A stretch of 61,723 nt of DNA, filler included, from Deltaproteobacteria bacterium (GTDB lineage: Bacteria > JACQOV01), in assembly GCA_016202395.1 (NCBI GenBank). It is 3 parts of 3 records of this genome, joined end to end, with 100 filler letters (N's around TTAATTAATTAA, not from the genome) between each part and the next. Parts side by side here need not be neighbours in the genome. Positions count along the whole stretch, not along the records: positions 1 to 29,650 come from JACQOV010000032.1; 2 more parts are not named here. One strand, 5' to 3'. Positions 1 to 9,683 of the stretch are shown piece after piece. Below the pieces are notes generated by a model. The model was given only the letters and a program-made list of their open reading frames with translations. It was not told where the DNA came from and made no database searches. The stretch's first letter is position 1; each line of letters opens with the position of its first letter. The translations under genes and the position numbers were made by a program.

Positions 1-399
1 AGTCCGCGCGCCTGGGGGTCCCCCGCCCCATGCCACCCGCGAGGCCAAGCAGGAGAAACGGTTGGTGAAGATGGGAAAAGTTCACTGGAATCTCTTTTCG
101 AAGGAACGTTACGAGATTTTTGGGATGCCCGTGAAGGGAGGTAGGTCTTTGAACGAGCGGTTCATTTCGAGCCGTGCCACTGTTGCTGAGCAAAGCAGTG
201 GAGCGGATGGCTCACAATCGGTGTCGATCCGTGAAACCTATCCTTTCCGTGCGTGTTTCTCCAGAGTGAAACTGGGGGACGTAGCTGCTTTGCGAAGCCT
301 ACAGTGGCTAGGCGAGAAATGCTAGCGAGTTCAGAGACCTACCTCCCTAAGGTGGGTCAAAAATCTTGCGAGTGAAGCGAGGAAAACATTCCCGTGAAC
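1..399 (+). repeat. Structured dispersed repeat element, copy 1 (5' part cut by window edge); candidate ncRNA or MITE-like element
   Basis: 1-369 aligns without gaps to 4563-4931 (35 mismatches by manual count); nested inverted repeats 80-100/378-399, 112-121/359-368, 135-154/329-348. Confidence 0.85.
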
Positions 400-407
400 C
401 TCTGGAA

Positions 408-1061
408 TTACAAAATGATGTTTTGGAGTGCGGAAAGAGTAGAGATTAAAAAGTCGGGGTGAGCGTTTTTGACATCACTCTCAGCGGAGTACCCGTAAGT
501 GACCCCACAAGTCCAACTCCCCACCCTTTTTCCCGTCTGGATATCCACCGGATTGTCTCCAACAATCATAGCTTCGCGAGGGAGGATACCCAACTGATTC
601 AAGATAAATCGAAACCCACCCGGATCGGGCTTCTTGGCCTCCAAAGAATCCCCTCCAATGACAATAGAAAACAAGGGATCGATATTTAACCCAGAAAGGA
701 TCTTTTCGGTCAAGGAGTAAGGTTTGTTCGTTAAGATGGCCAGATGTTTTTCCACAAAGTGAAGTAACACATCCGCGACTCCTGGGAAAAGACGGGTGTT
801 ATCCAAAAGATGTTCCTCGTAGCGCTTAAGAAAAATGGAGCGGGCCTCTTCAACTTTTTTGCTTCCGTACCGCTCCAGACTCCTTTGTAGAAGAGGAGTC
901 ACACCCTGGCCCACGTACTGAGCAATTAAAGACTCTTCAAGAGGTGGATATCCCAAGGAATGGAGGGTGTCGTTGACGGAAAGGGTCAAATCGCGACAGG
1001 AATCAATTAGAGTTCCATCCAGATCGAAAACAATTAAATCGACGTGTGGCTTTTCTTTCAC
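408..1061 (-). CDS. gph: HAD-IA hydrolase, phosphoglycolate phosphatase-like
   Basis: FDLDGTLIDS motif I, KPDP and VGDNPVD motifs; 217 aa. Confidence 0.8.
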   Translation of the reverse strand: MKEKPHVDLIVFDLDGTLIDSCRDLTLSVNDTLHSLGYPPLEESLIAQYVGQGVTPLLQRSLERYGSKKVEEARSIFLKRYEEHLLDNTRLFPGVADVLLHFVEKHLAILTNKPYSLTEKILSGLNIDPLFSIVIGGDSLEAKKPDPGGFRFILNQLGILPREAMIVGDNPVDIQTGKRVGSWTCGVTYGYSAESDVKNAHPDFLISTLSALQNIIL

Positions 1062-1097
1062 AAATTGAGTCCGGCACAGATTGAGTCCTGCACGGAT

Positions 1098-2756
1098 TTA
1101 GTCTGGGGAAACTTCAACTGCTTTTTGCGCTATCTCATTCAACGGCTTCATCCCTATCCGTTGAACAAAATCGTGAAAGGATTCCCCCTGTGTCCTTCCC
1201 TGTTTGTAATAAACAGCGAGCGCCGCTAAAACTTTAGGCGTCTCCTCCTCGGGAAATTTCCCCTTCAGGCGCGTTCCCAAGGTGAGTTTCCCCTCAACAC
1301 TCCCTCCCCCTAACAGGATGGAATAATGCTCCCTCTCGATCCCCTTTCCGTCCTTGGCCATCATGCCGGTGAGACCGATATCGCCAATCTGGTGCTGGCC
1401 GCAGGAATTAGGACATCCACTGATTTTCACATGAAAAGGCCCAATCTCCTCAACCGATTGATTCCAAGATAAAAGGAACTCTCTGAGTTTTGCTGCCATT
1501 CGCATCGACCGAGTGACAGCCAAACTGCAATAATCGGCTCCCGGGCAAGAGAGGACGTCGGTGATATGTTGTGCGTCGGCTTCCGCGAGTTTCAATTGCT
1601 TGAGCGTTTTGTAGAGATCATAAAGATCTTGCGCCCGCACAAATGGGAGAAGAAAATTCTGCTCTTGAGTGATACGAATCGCTCCATTCGTAAAACGCCG
1701 AGTCCCTTTGGCGAGTTCTCGGAGATCCTTAGAGGTGAAATCTCCTCGAATTAATTTAATCGTCACCATGAAATAGCCTTCTTGCCTCTGGGGTTCCACA
1801 TTCGTCCGACGCCAATGCAAATATTCCGAGTCGTTGGCGATTTGAGGTTCCTCTGGGGTATCGAGTGGCAAAGGAGACGGGACACTGAAACTCTTTAGAT
1901 AATATTGAAGATCAGCGCGAAACTCCTCTCCGCTTTCAGCCTCAATTTGAGGATAGAGTTCATAGAGCCTCTTTTTATATTCCTCCGCGCCCAAACTCTG
2001 CACAAGGAACTTGCTTCGAGCCTTTCTTCGATCGACTCGATTTCCATCACGATGGAACAGGCGGACAATGGCCTCCGAAAAGACTAAGAGATCCTCCGCA
2101 GGGATAAACTCGCTAACACAAACCGCTTCATGGGGCTGTCCTCCTAATCCACCCCCGCAATAAACAGCAAACCCTTTTATTCCCTTCTGAATCTTCGCAT
2201 AATAACCGATATCATGGATCATGGCGTAAGCGCTGTCTTCTTTGCAATCCGAGAAAGCGACCTTAAATTTCCGAGGGAGCGAAAGACTATAATCACTAAA
2301 TAAGAAATGGTCCGTGAGAGCTTTAGCATAGGGAATGACATCAAAAGTCTCTGTTTTGGAAAGCCCGCTGTGAGGACAAGCGGTGATGGTGCGCACGCTA
2401 TCAAAACAGGCCCCTCGAGTGGTAATGCCAACGGCATCCAAGGCCTCAAACATCTCCGGGGTCTCTTCGATGGGAACCCAATGGAACTGGATGTTTTGGC
2501 GTGTCGTGACATGCCCAACCCCTCTCCCGTATTTGTCGCACTGCTCCGCAAGAACCTCCAACTGATCGGCGTTCAACAAACCGGCAGGGATTTTGATCCG
2601 CTGCAGGTGACTGGTATGGTCGAGCTGGTAGTAAACACCATAGACCAAGCGTTTCTTGCGGAATTCATCGGTAGACAGTTCCCCTGCTTGAAACTTGGCG
2701 ATGTTCTGCCGATGCCACTCAATCCCTTTTCGAAACAACTCTTTCGTGGGTCTCAT
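1098..2756 (-). CDS. Siroheme/[4Fe-4S] nitrite/sulfite reductase hemoprotein
   Basis: TTRQNIQ, LPRKFK, CPGADYC and SGCPNSCG motifs. Confidence 0.9.
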   Translation of the reverse strand: MRPTKELFRKGIEWHRQNIAKFQAGELSTDEFRKKRLVYGVYYQLDHTSHLQRIKIPAGLLNADQLEVLAEQCDKYGRGVGHVTTRQNIQFHWVPIEETPEMFEALDAVGITTRGACFDSVRTITACPHSGLSKTETFDVIPYAKALTDHFLFSDYSLSLPRKFKVAFSDCKEDSAYAMIHDIGYYAKIQKGIKGFAVYCGGGLGGQPHEAVCVSEFIPAEDLLVFSEAIVRLFHRDGNRVDRRKARSKFLVQSLGAEEYKKRLYELYPQIEAESGEEFRADLQYYLKSFSVPSPLPLDTPEEPQIANDSEYLHWRRTNVEPQRQEGYFMVTIKLIRGDFTSKDLRELAKGTRRFTNGAIRITQEQNFLLPFVRAQDLYDLYKTLKQLKLAEADAQHITDVLSCPGADYCSLAVTRSMRMAAKLREFLLSWNQSVEEIGPFHVKISGCPNSCGQHQIGDIGLTGMMAKDGKGIEREHYSILLGGGSVEGKLTLGTRLKGKFPEEETPKVLAALAVYYKQGRTQGESFHDFVQRIGMKPLNEIAQKAVEVSPD

Positions 2757-2928
2757 AATCCTCTTTCCTCCATTTTTGGGGAGATTAACACAATCCTAGA
2801 AATATGACAAGTATTTTAGTGAGGATTTTAATTATAATTATTACTATTTTGGTGTAGAATTATTTTGTGGCGATTGTATTTCAAAAACTTGACATCCTTG
2901 TCTCTAATTGAGTACATATCTTATTTCG

Positions 2929-4497
2929 ATGCGCGAATTTTTCATTGGGCTGACTCTGAGCTTGCTTATTTTTAGTTCGACACAGGCGGAGAAAATACCC
3001 CACAGGGCCTCCGTGAACGTCCCTCTCCGTCATTGGACCTACGAGGCTCTGGAGCACCTCGTGAGTCGTGGAACGATTCCTGCGGGCATGATCGATCAAA
3101 AACCGCTAACACGGGAACAAGTGGCCCGTATCCTCTCCGAAGCCTCCATGAGCCAGTCTCAACAAGAAGATCCCTCTCCTTACCTTGAAATGTTGAAAAA
3201 AGAGTATGCGTATGAGTTTCTTCAATTTCAAGAGGAAGCTCAGCTTCAAGGCATTCTAAAGCGTCCCGGAGTCCAATTTCACCCGGTAGATCCTTTGCGT
3301 ATTGAGCCCTCTGTGGCTGCTGTGGAAGACAAGGAAGGGACGACTCGAGATAACCATCAAGGGGATCCTCTCAAGGATGGAGTCAACTTCCAAGCCGATC
3401 TTCGATCCACTCTTCTGCTAAACCCTTTTCTTGCGCTCGAAGCGACTCCAAAAATCTTAAGCCAGGAGGGGGATACCGATCTCTTTTATGAAAGATTTTA
3501 TAGTCAATTTGTTTGGAAAAACTTTAATTTCGAGGTGGGACGAGATTCCATCTGGTGGGGACCCGGGTATCATGGATCGCTGCTTTTTACCGATAACGCC
3601 CCTCCGTTTGACCTGATTAAACTTGGGAGCGCTCAACCTTTTCACCTCCCTTGGTTCCTGCGCCATCTCGGTTACTTCCACGTGAGTAATTTCCTGACGG
3701 AACTTGAGAACAACCGCGTTATTGCCCATCCAAAACTCTATGGTTTCCAGCTTCAATGGATGCCGTTCACATTTCTTAACCTTTCTTTGAATCGAGCCAT
3801 TATGTTTGGAGGAAAAGGACGTCCTGAACTGGACTTTGGAGAGTTTCTAGATGCCGTGGGAGGCTTTAACGAAAATCCGCCTGGAGAGGGGACCGATCCT
3901 GCAACCAATACCAACCAACTTGCGTCGATAAACACAGTGCTCACCTTACCGTGGCTCTCTGAATTTTTGCCTTTAGTCGATGGGATCAAGTTTTATTGGG
4001 AATATGGCGGAGAGGATGAGATCCATCAAAACATCCTCCCTGGAGTGGAAATTCCCACATTGGGAGGGACCGCTAATATCTTGGGACTGTTCTTGAGCTT
4101 TGGGCCTGCGGATTTACGCGTAGAATACATGGATAACTCAGATGACATTTTGACATGGTATGCCCATTCCGCCTATCAAAGTGGCTACACTTACAAAGGG
4201 AGTATTATTGGTCACCACGCAGGAGGCGACGCTGAGGATCTATTTATTCGTGCCAGCACCCTCTTGGGAGAAAAATGGCGTGTTGGGCTTCAGTATGATT
4301 GGGAACGCCATGGAGTGGAGCATGCCACGGTGGTTGAAACTAAAAAGGAATGGGGAGGGGATGCCACGTTTTTCTACTCGGATAATATCTTGCTACAGGG
4401 AAGTTACGAATGGGAACAGATCGAAAATAAAGAGAATGTTTCTGGAGAAGAAGAAACCAATCAATATTTTATTCTAGAACTCCAAACCCGTTTCTAG
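2929..4497 (+). CDS. wzi: Capsule assembly Wzi family outer-membrane protein
   Basis: Signal peptide, GRDSIWWGPGYHGSLLFTDNA motif, C-terminal Phe; start moved to ATG 2929. Confidence 0.8.
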   Translation: MREFFIGLTLSLLIFSSTQAEKIPHRASVNVPLRHWTYEALEHLVSRGTIPAGMIDQKPLTREQVARILSEASMSQSQQEDPSPYLEMLKKEYAYEFLQFQEEAQLQGILKRPGVQFHPVDPLRIEPSVAAVEDKEGTTRDNHQGDPLKDGVNFQADLRSTLLLNPFLALEATPKILSQEGDTDLFYERFYSQFVWKNFNFEVGRDSIWWGPGYHGSLLFTDNAPPFDLIKLGSAQPFHLPWFLRHLGYFHVSNFLTELENNRVIAHPKLYGFQLQWMPFTFLNLSLNRAIMFGGKGRPELDFGEFLDAVGGFNENPPGEGTDPATNTNQLASINTVLTLPWLSEFLPLVDGIKFYWEYGGEDEIHQNILPGVEIPTLGGTANILGLFLSFGPADLRVEYMDNSDDILTWYAHSAYQSGYTYKGSIIGHHAGGDAEDLFIRASTLLGEKWRVGLQYDWERHGVEHATVVETKKEWGGDATFFYSDNILLQGSYEWEQIENKENVSGEEETNQYFILELQTRF

Positions 4498-4506
4498 TTT
4501 TTCCCT

Positions 4507-4931
4507 TTTTCTTGCTTGGCCTCGCGGGTCCTGTCATGGGGCTTCCCCCTGGCGTGCTCCACAGTCCGCGCGCCTGGGGGGCCCCCACCCCATGCCACCC
4601 GCGAGGCCAAGCAAGAAAAGCTGTTACTGGAGGTGGGGAAAGTTCACGGGAATGTTTTTTCGAATGAACGTTACGAAATTTTTGGGGTGTCCGTTAGGGG
4701 AGGTAGGTCTCTGAACGAGCGGTTCATTTCGAGCCGTGCCACTGTTGTTGAGCAGAGCAGCGGAGCGGATGGCTCACAATCGGTGTCGATCCGCGAAACC
4801 TATCCTTTCCGTGCGTGTTCCTCCAGGGTGAAATCGGGGGACGTAGCTGCTTTGCGAAATCTACAGTGGCTAGGCGAGAAATGCTAGCGAGTTCAGAAAC
4901 CTACCTCCCTTAGAGGGGTCAAAAATCTTGC
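4507..4931 (+). repeat. Structured dispersed repeat element, copy 2 (lacks the last ~30 nt of copy 1)
   Basis: Perfect 23-bp inverted repeat 4507-4529/4597-4619 followed by the module shared with copy 1. Confidence 0.85.
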
Positions 4932-4969
4932 CCTAGTCAATGTGGGAGCTTTTTTGTTACAAATATCAG

Positions 4970-6022
4970 ATGCTCCCATTAAACCGAATCTTGGTTCGGG
5001 CCAACAACTTTATTGGTGATGTTGTCATGGCGCTCCCTGCCATGGCGGCCTTACGAGAGGCCTATCCTAGGGCAGAGATCACAGTTTTGGCCCAAGAATG
5101 GGTTTCCCCTGTTCTTCGATCCTGTCCAACGTTAGTCGATCGGGTCCTGAGTTATGATCGCCCTTTTCATAAAACCGCTCCAGGGAGGAAAGCGTTGATC
5201 CAACAACTTCGATCGGAACATTTCGATGCCGTCCTATTATTTCAAAAAGCATTCGAAATTGCTTGGGTGATGAGATGGGCTCGAATTCCTGTGCGTGTGG
5301 GATTCAGTGTCGAGGGTCGGGGTTGGCTCTTGACTCATAAAATTCCGTACCATCGGGTTCACCACCCCGTTCACCGGATCTTAAGAAATTTGGAATTATT
5401 GCAAACGATTGGGATCCATTCCGATCGAGTCCTCTTTCCCATGGAGATCCCTCCTGCAGCTCAAGAGTGGGCGACTCAATGGTTGGCAGAGAAGAAGCTT
5501 TTGGGCCGGCCTTTGATTGGTATCCATCCTAACGTCTCCAAGGCGGGGGGCACCGCTCGGCAGTGGCCCATTGAGCGATTTAAAGATCTCATCACACGTC
5601 TCTTGAAAGGCCCTTATGGGGTTGTTCTTTTAGGGAGCGCGGTTTCAAACGAGATGTTTCAACCTTTGATCGATATTCGACATCCTCAGTTTCATTCTTT
5701 ACTGGGGAAAACAGACCTTATCCAGAGCATGGCGCTTTTCAAGCGTCTCAACCTTCTGATGAGCTGTGACTCGGGTCCTGTCCATATGGCTTATGCTTTG
5801 AATACCCCGGTGATCGCGATTTTTGGTCCCACGAATCCTCATTTGACAGGCCCTTGGGGGGATCGTTCTGCCACTGTCCAAGCCCCTGTCGATTGTCGCC
5901 CCTGTTTTGAGACCCATTGTCCCATAGATCACCGATGTATGAACTGGATTCGGGTAGAGGACGTTCTCCAAGCAGCGTCCCGTTTCATTGACTTTCCTCA
6001 AGAAGTTTCGATATCCTTATAA
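4970..6022 (+). CDS. waaF: Lipopolysaccharide heptosyltransferase II (GT9)
   Basis: RILVRANNFIGDVVM start, DSGPVHMA and FGPTNP motifs, CRPC..CP..H.CM tail. Confidence 0.85.
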   Translation: MLPLNRILVRANNFIGDVVMALPAMAALREAYPRAEITVLAQEWVSPVLRSCPTLVDRVLSYDRPFHKTAPGRKALIQQLRSEHFDAVLLFQKAFEIAWVMRWARIPVRVGFSVEGRGWLLTHKIPYHRVHHPVHRILRNLELLQTIGIHSDRVLFPMEIPPAAQEWATQWLAEKKLLGRPLIGIHPNVSKAGGTARQWPIERFKDLITRLLKGPYGVVLLGSAVSNEMFQPLIDIRHPQFHSLLGKTDLIQSMALFKRLNLLMSCDSGPVHMAYALNTPVIAIFGPTNPHLTGPWGDRSATVQAPVDCRPCFETHCPIDHRCMNWIRVEDVLQAASRFIDFPQEVSISL

Positions 6023-6026
6023 AATT

Positions 6027-6938
6027 ATGTACAGGGATTTTATTGGGGTTTGTGTTTTTATTGGGTTCTTCATGGGATGTGGCGTTCCGCAACCCATGAA
6101 AACAGAGCCTAAAGAATCTCCAGAGGCTTCTTCAGACGAGACGGTCCTCACCGATGTGGGCGATAAGGAAATTCCGTCAGAGGTTCAGGAACCCTCGGGC
6201 ATTTCATCCGAAAAACCTTTTAGCCTATCTCAGAAGCCCCTGATTATAAGCGGAGAATCCTCTTTTCCGTTCGCTATTGGAGAGCAGCTAGAGTACGAGG
6301 TCACGTGGTTTGGAATCCAGGCCGGAACTATTTTGATGGAGGTGATCCAACCTGAGGACGATTCTCTCTATCTTTTTCGCGTTTATATTCAGAGTTCTCC
6401 AGGGTTTTCTGTGTTTTATCGAATCAACGATCTCATGGAGATTTTTGTGGACAAAAAAACCTTGTTGCCTTCACGCATAGTTCTTCATCGCGACGAGGGG
6501 AGGAGGCGAGGGATTGAGGAGACCTTTTTCTATCGAGATCGGGGGGAGGTGGAGGTTTTAAAAGAAGGGGAGCGGAAAGGGTACGCTATCCCGCCTGAAG
6601 CCCGAGACGGGATATCGGCGATCTACCTTTCGAGAATGGCTTCTTGGGGTTCCGGAGGATCGATTCGGATTCCCGTTTTTTCGAACAAGAAAACCTATGA
6701 GATTGAGGTGAAGGCTTTGAGGAAGGAACGGATCAAAACCTTGTGGGGGGAGACAGAAACCCTCGTGGTCTTGCCAGAAGTTTGGGATCATGGAAAAAAA
6801 CAGGAAAAAGGGGAGGTCTATTTTTGGCTCACGGAGGACTCTCACCAGGTCCCTGTTCAGATTCGGGGGAAGGTCAAGATTGGTTCCCTTTTTCTTCGGC
6901 TCAAAAATTATCGGGTGAGCGAGGAGGATGCATCATGA
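6027..6938 (+). CDS. DUF3108-type lipoprotein
   Basis: Lipobox-like FMGC; GEQLEYEVTWFGIQAG and WLTEDSHQVPVQI patterns. Confidence 0.65.
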   Translation: MYRDFIGVCVFIGFFMGCGVPQPMKTEPKESPEASSDETVLTDVGDKEIPSEVQEPSGISSEKPFSLSQKPLIISGESSFPFAIGEQLEYEVTWFGIQAGTILMEVIQPEDDSLYLFRVYIQSSPGFSVFYRINDLMEIFVDKKTLLPSRIVLHRDEGRRRGIEETFFYRDRGEVEVLKEGERKGYAIPPEARDGISAIYLSRMASWGSGGSIRIPVFSNKKTYEIEVKALRKERIKTLWGETETLVVLPEVWDHGKKQEKGEVYFWLTEDSHQVPVQIRGKVKIGSLFLRLKNYRVSEEDAS

Positions 6939-7882
6939 GTCGATGTTTGGTAACAGGAGTTGCGGGATTTATTGGCTCCAGTCTGGCCGAGCGATTGGTC
7001 GCGGAAGGAAGGGAGGTCGTTGGAGTCGATTGTTTTACGGACAATTATGCAAGAGAATTGAAAGAGGGGAACCTTCGGGACCTTTTAAAGAATCGGCGCT
7101 TTCGCTTCTTGGAACTCGATCTCCGGACTGCGGCGTTAGAATCTCTTCTCGATGGAGTGGAGGGGGTCTTTCATCAAGCGGCCCTTCCCGGAGTGCGTCA
7201 AAGTTGGGGGAGAGAGTTTGAACAATATTGTGGTCATAATATTCTTGCGACACAGCGTCTGCTGGAGGCTTGCAAGGAGCGTGGGCTGAAGCGTTTTATC
7301 CATGCCTCTTCTTCTTCTGTTTATGGAGAGGCCGAAACAATGCCTACACCGGAGACCCTTTGTCCTGCGCCAATCTCCCCTTACGGCTTAACCAAACTTG
7401 CCGCGGATCAGCTTTGCCATGTGTATTGGAAAAATTTTGGGGTTCCGGTAGTGATGCTGCGTTATTTTACCGTTTATGGCCCACGCCAAAGACCCGACAT
7501 GGCTTTTCAGAAGTTCTTTTTGGCACTACGTGAACGCCGAACTCTAGAAATTTACGGGGACGGAACTCAAACGAGAGATTTTACTTTTATCCAAGATGCG
7601 ATTCAGGCCAATCTCTCTGCGATGACTTCACAAGAGCTTGTTCTAGGTAAGGTGTATAACATCGGAGGGGGAACACGAGTTACGCTCAACCATGTTTTAG
7701 ATCTTATTCAAAAGATTGTAGGAATCGATAGCTCCGTGAATCGCAAGCCGATTCAAAAGGGGGATCCGAAAAATACCTCAGCGGATATTCGTTTAGCTCA
7801 ACAGCAGTTAGGTTACTGTCCTAAAATCAGGATTGAAGAGGGATTAAGAGAACAGTGGGAATGGAACCAGTATGGAAAGTAA
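6935..7882 (+). CDS. NAD-dependent epimerase/dehydratase (UDP-glucuronate/glucose 4-epimerase-like)
   Basis: GVAGFIG, YGLTK, YFTVYGPRQRPDMA; ATG 6935 preceded by GAGGAGG. Confidence 0.9.
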   Translation: MSRCLVTGVAGFIGSSLAERLVAEGREVVGVDCFTDNYARELKEGNLRDLLKNRRFRFLELDLRTAALESLLDGVEGVFHQAALPGVRQSWGREFEQYCGHNILATQRLLEACKERGLKRFIHASSSSVYGEAETMPTPETLCPAPISPYGLTKLAADQLCHVYWKNFGVPVVMLRYFTVYGPRQRPDMAFQKFFLALRERRTLEIYGDGTQTRDFTFIQDAIQANLSAMTSQELVLGKVYNIGGGTRVTLNHVLDLIQKIVGIDSSVNRKPIQKGDPKNTSADIRLAQQQLGYCPKIRIEEGLREQWEWNQYGK

Positions 7883-9041
7883 GATGAAAGTCCCCTTTTT
7901 GGATCTCTCGCCACAGCTAGATCCTATTGAACCGGAGCTTCAAGAGGCATTGGGCCGTCTTTTGTCTCATAAGCAGTTTATTCTAGGAAAAGAGGTAGAG
8001 GAATTTGAAGAGGCTCTGGCCACTTACCTTCATGTTCCCTATGCTATCGGTGTGGCTTCGGGGAGCGATGCGATTTTGCTTGCTTTAATGGCCCTAGACT
8101 TAGACCCTGACGCGGAGGTCATTACCACCCCTTTCACATTTTTCTCGACAGCGAGCGCTTTAGTCCGTTTAGGGATCAAAGCGGTTTTTGCAGATGTCGA
8201 ATCTCAAGGATATCAAATCGATCCCGAGGCTATTCGCAAGAAGATCACTCCTCGCACGCGAGCCCTTCTCCCTGTGCACCTCTATGGGCATGTGGCTCCG
8301 ATCGCTCCCTTAAAGGCTATCGCAGAGGAGTTTCAACTTTCGATGGTGGAGGACGTCGCTCAAGCCTTTGGCGCTCGCATCCAAAATGATCGAGAATGGT
8401 GCTACGCGGGAACCTTAGGAGAGTTCGGCTGTTTCAGCTTCTTTCCCACAAAGAATTTAGGGGGATTTGGAGATGGAGGGGCCGTTGTTACTTCCGATCC
8501 GCAGCAGGCACGAAAACTCAAGGCCCTTCGTCACCATGGGAGTTATCAGCGGTATCATCATGAGTTGTTGGGGATTAACAGTCGATTGGATGCGCTACAA
8601 GCAGCCTTTTTAGGAGTCCGATTAAGATACATTGACTCTTGGAATGAGGAACGGAGAAAGATTGCGCGACGGTATCGAGAGGTTGCTAAGGAATCTTGGA
8701 ATTGGGACTTTGAGGAGGGGATTCCCAACGTTCAAACCCCTGTTATCTTTCCCCCAGCGCCTATTTCTGAGGTGGAGTTCGTGTACCATCAATTTGTTGT
8801 TCGAGCGCACCGTCGAGATCACTTAAAGTCCCATCTTGAAGAACAAGGAATCGGCGCCGAGATCTATTACCCCTCCCTTGTCCCGTTTCAACCTTGCATG
8901 AGCCACTTAGGGGCAAAGCCAGGAGATTTCCCCTACGCTGAGAGACTCTGTCAGGAGGTTTTGGCTTTACCTATCTATCCGGGATTGAGTCCAGAGTCTA
9001 TTGTGTATGTTATTAAAAAGATTAAGGAATTTTACAGATAG
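7872..9041 (+). CDS. DegT/DnrJ/EryC1/StrS PLP-dependent sugar aminotransferase
   Basis: PVHLYG, EDVAQA, SFFPTKNLGGFGDGG, GINSRLD. Confidence 0.9.
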   Translation: MESKMKVPFLDLSPQLDPIEPELQEALGRLLSHKQFILGKEVEEFEEALATYLHVPYAIGVASGSDAILLALMALDLDPDAEVITTPFTFFSTASALVRLGIKAVFADVESQGYQIDPEAIRKKITPRTRALLPVHLYGHVAPIAPLKAIAEEFQLSMVEDVAQAFGARIQNDREWCYAGTLGEFGCFSFFPTKNLGGFGDGGAVVTSDPQQARKLKALRHHGSYQRYHHELLGINSRLDALQAAFLGVRLRYIDSWNEERRKIARRYREVAKESWNWDFEEGIPNVQTPVIFPPAPISEVEFVYHQFVVRAHRRDHLKSHLEEQGIGAEIYYPSLVPFQPCMSHLGAKPGDFPYAERLCQEVLALPIYPGLSPESIVYVIKKIKEFYR

Positions 9042-9098
9042 GTCCCCTTGAAAACCGCAGGCCAAACTGATACTATCAAAACTCCTAAAAGCTTAACG

Positions 9099-9683
9099 AT
9101 GAACCACTGGGAGGAAAAAATTACAGCTTCTTTGCGCGAAAGCGCGGAGATCCAACTTCGTGTGTCGAAGGAATTGGCTCGGCCGATTGCGACGGTGGCA
9201 GAGGCGATTGTTTCTCAGCTCAAAAAAGGGGGGAAGGTCATCTTTTTTGGCAATGGAGGATCGGCGGCTGATGCTCAGCACTTGGCCGCGGAGTTGATTG
9301 GACGGTTTCAAGGGGAGAGGAAGGCCCTTCCGGCGATCGCTTTAACCACAGACACGTCGATTTTAACAGCCATTGGAAACGATTATGCCTTTGACCAGAT
9401 CTTTGAGCGTCAGGTGGAGGGGCTCGTGGGACCCAATGATGCTGTTGTTGGGATTAGCACCAGTGGGCACTCCATCAATGTCTTGAGAGGGTTAAAGAAG
9501 GCCAAGGATTGTGGTGCTCTAACGGTTGCCTTCTTGGGGAAAGGGGGAGGGAGGATTCGAGAGGTTGTTGATTTTCCTTTGGTGATCCCCTCCGATCAGA
9601 CCTCCCATATTCAAGAATCTCATATTACGATAGGCCATATTCTTTGCGGGTTAATTGAGGAAGGACTCGGCGTTAATGGGTGA
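9099..9683 (+). CDS. gmhA: D-sedoheptulose 7-phosphate isomerase
   Basis: GNGGSAADAQHLAAEL, ISTSG, IQESHI. Confidence 0.95.
   Translation: MNHWEEKITASLRESAEIQLRVSKELARPIATVAEAIVSQLKKGGKVIFFGNGGSAADAQHLAAELIGRFQGERKALPAIALTTDTSILTAIGNDYAFDQIFERQVEGLVGPNDAVVGISTSGHSINVLRGLKKAKDCGALTVAFLGKGGGRIREVVDFPLVIPSDQTSHIQESHITIGHILCGLIEEGLGVNG

Noticed and set aside
169-255. GAGCCGT..ATGGCTC hairpin and a later GTGCG suggesting group II intron domain V and 5' end
   Set aside because: No proper domain V geometry or domain VI, wrong order, and no RT gene; no hammerhead CUGANGA core found either
62-325. 87-aa ORF and its 123-aa paralogue at 4516-4887
   Set aside because: Both lie within the structured repeat, have different weak TTG starts and many non-synonymous differences; more likely incidental, though not excluded
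2800-2872. AT-rich segment with two AC(T/C)AAAATA-like motifs upstream of the reductase, possibly Rrf2 sites
   Set aside because: Too degenerate in an AT-rich background to support by eye
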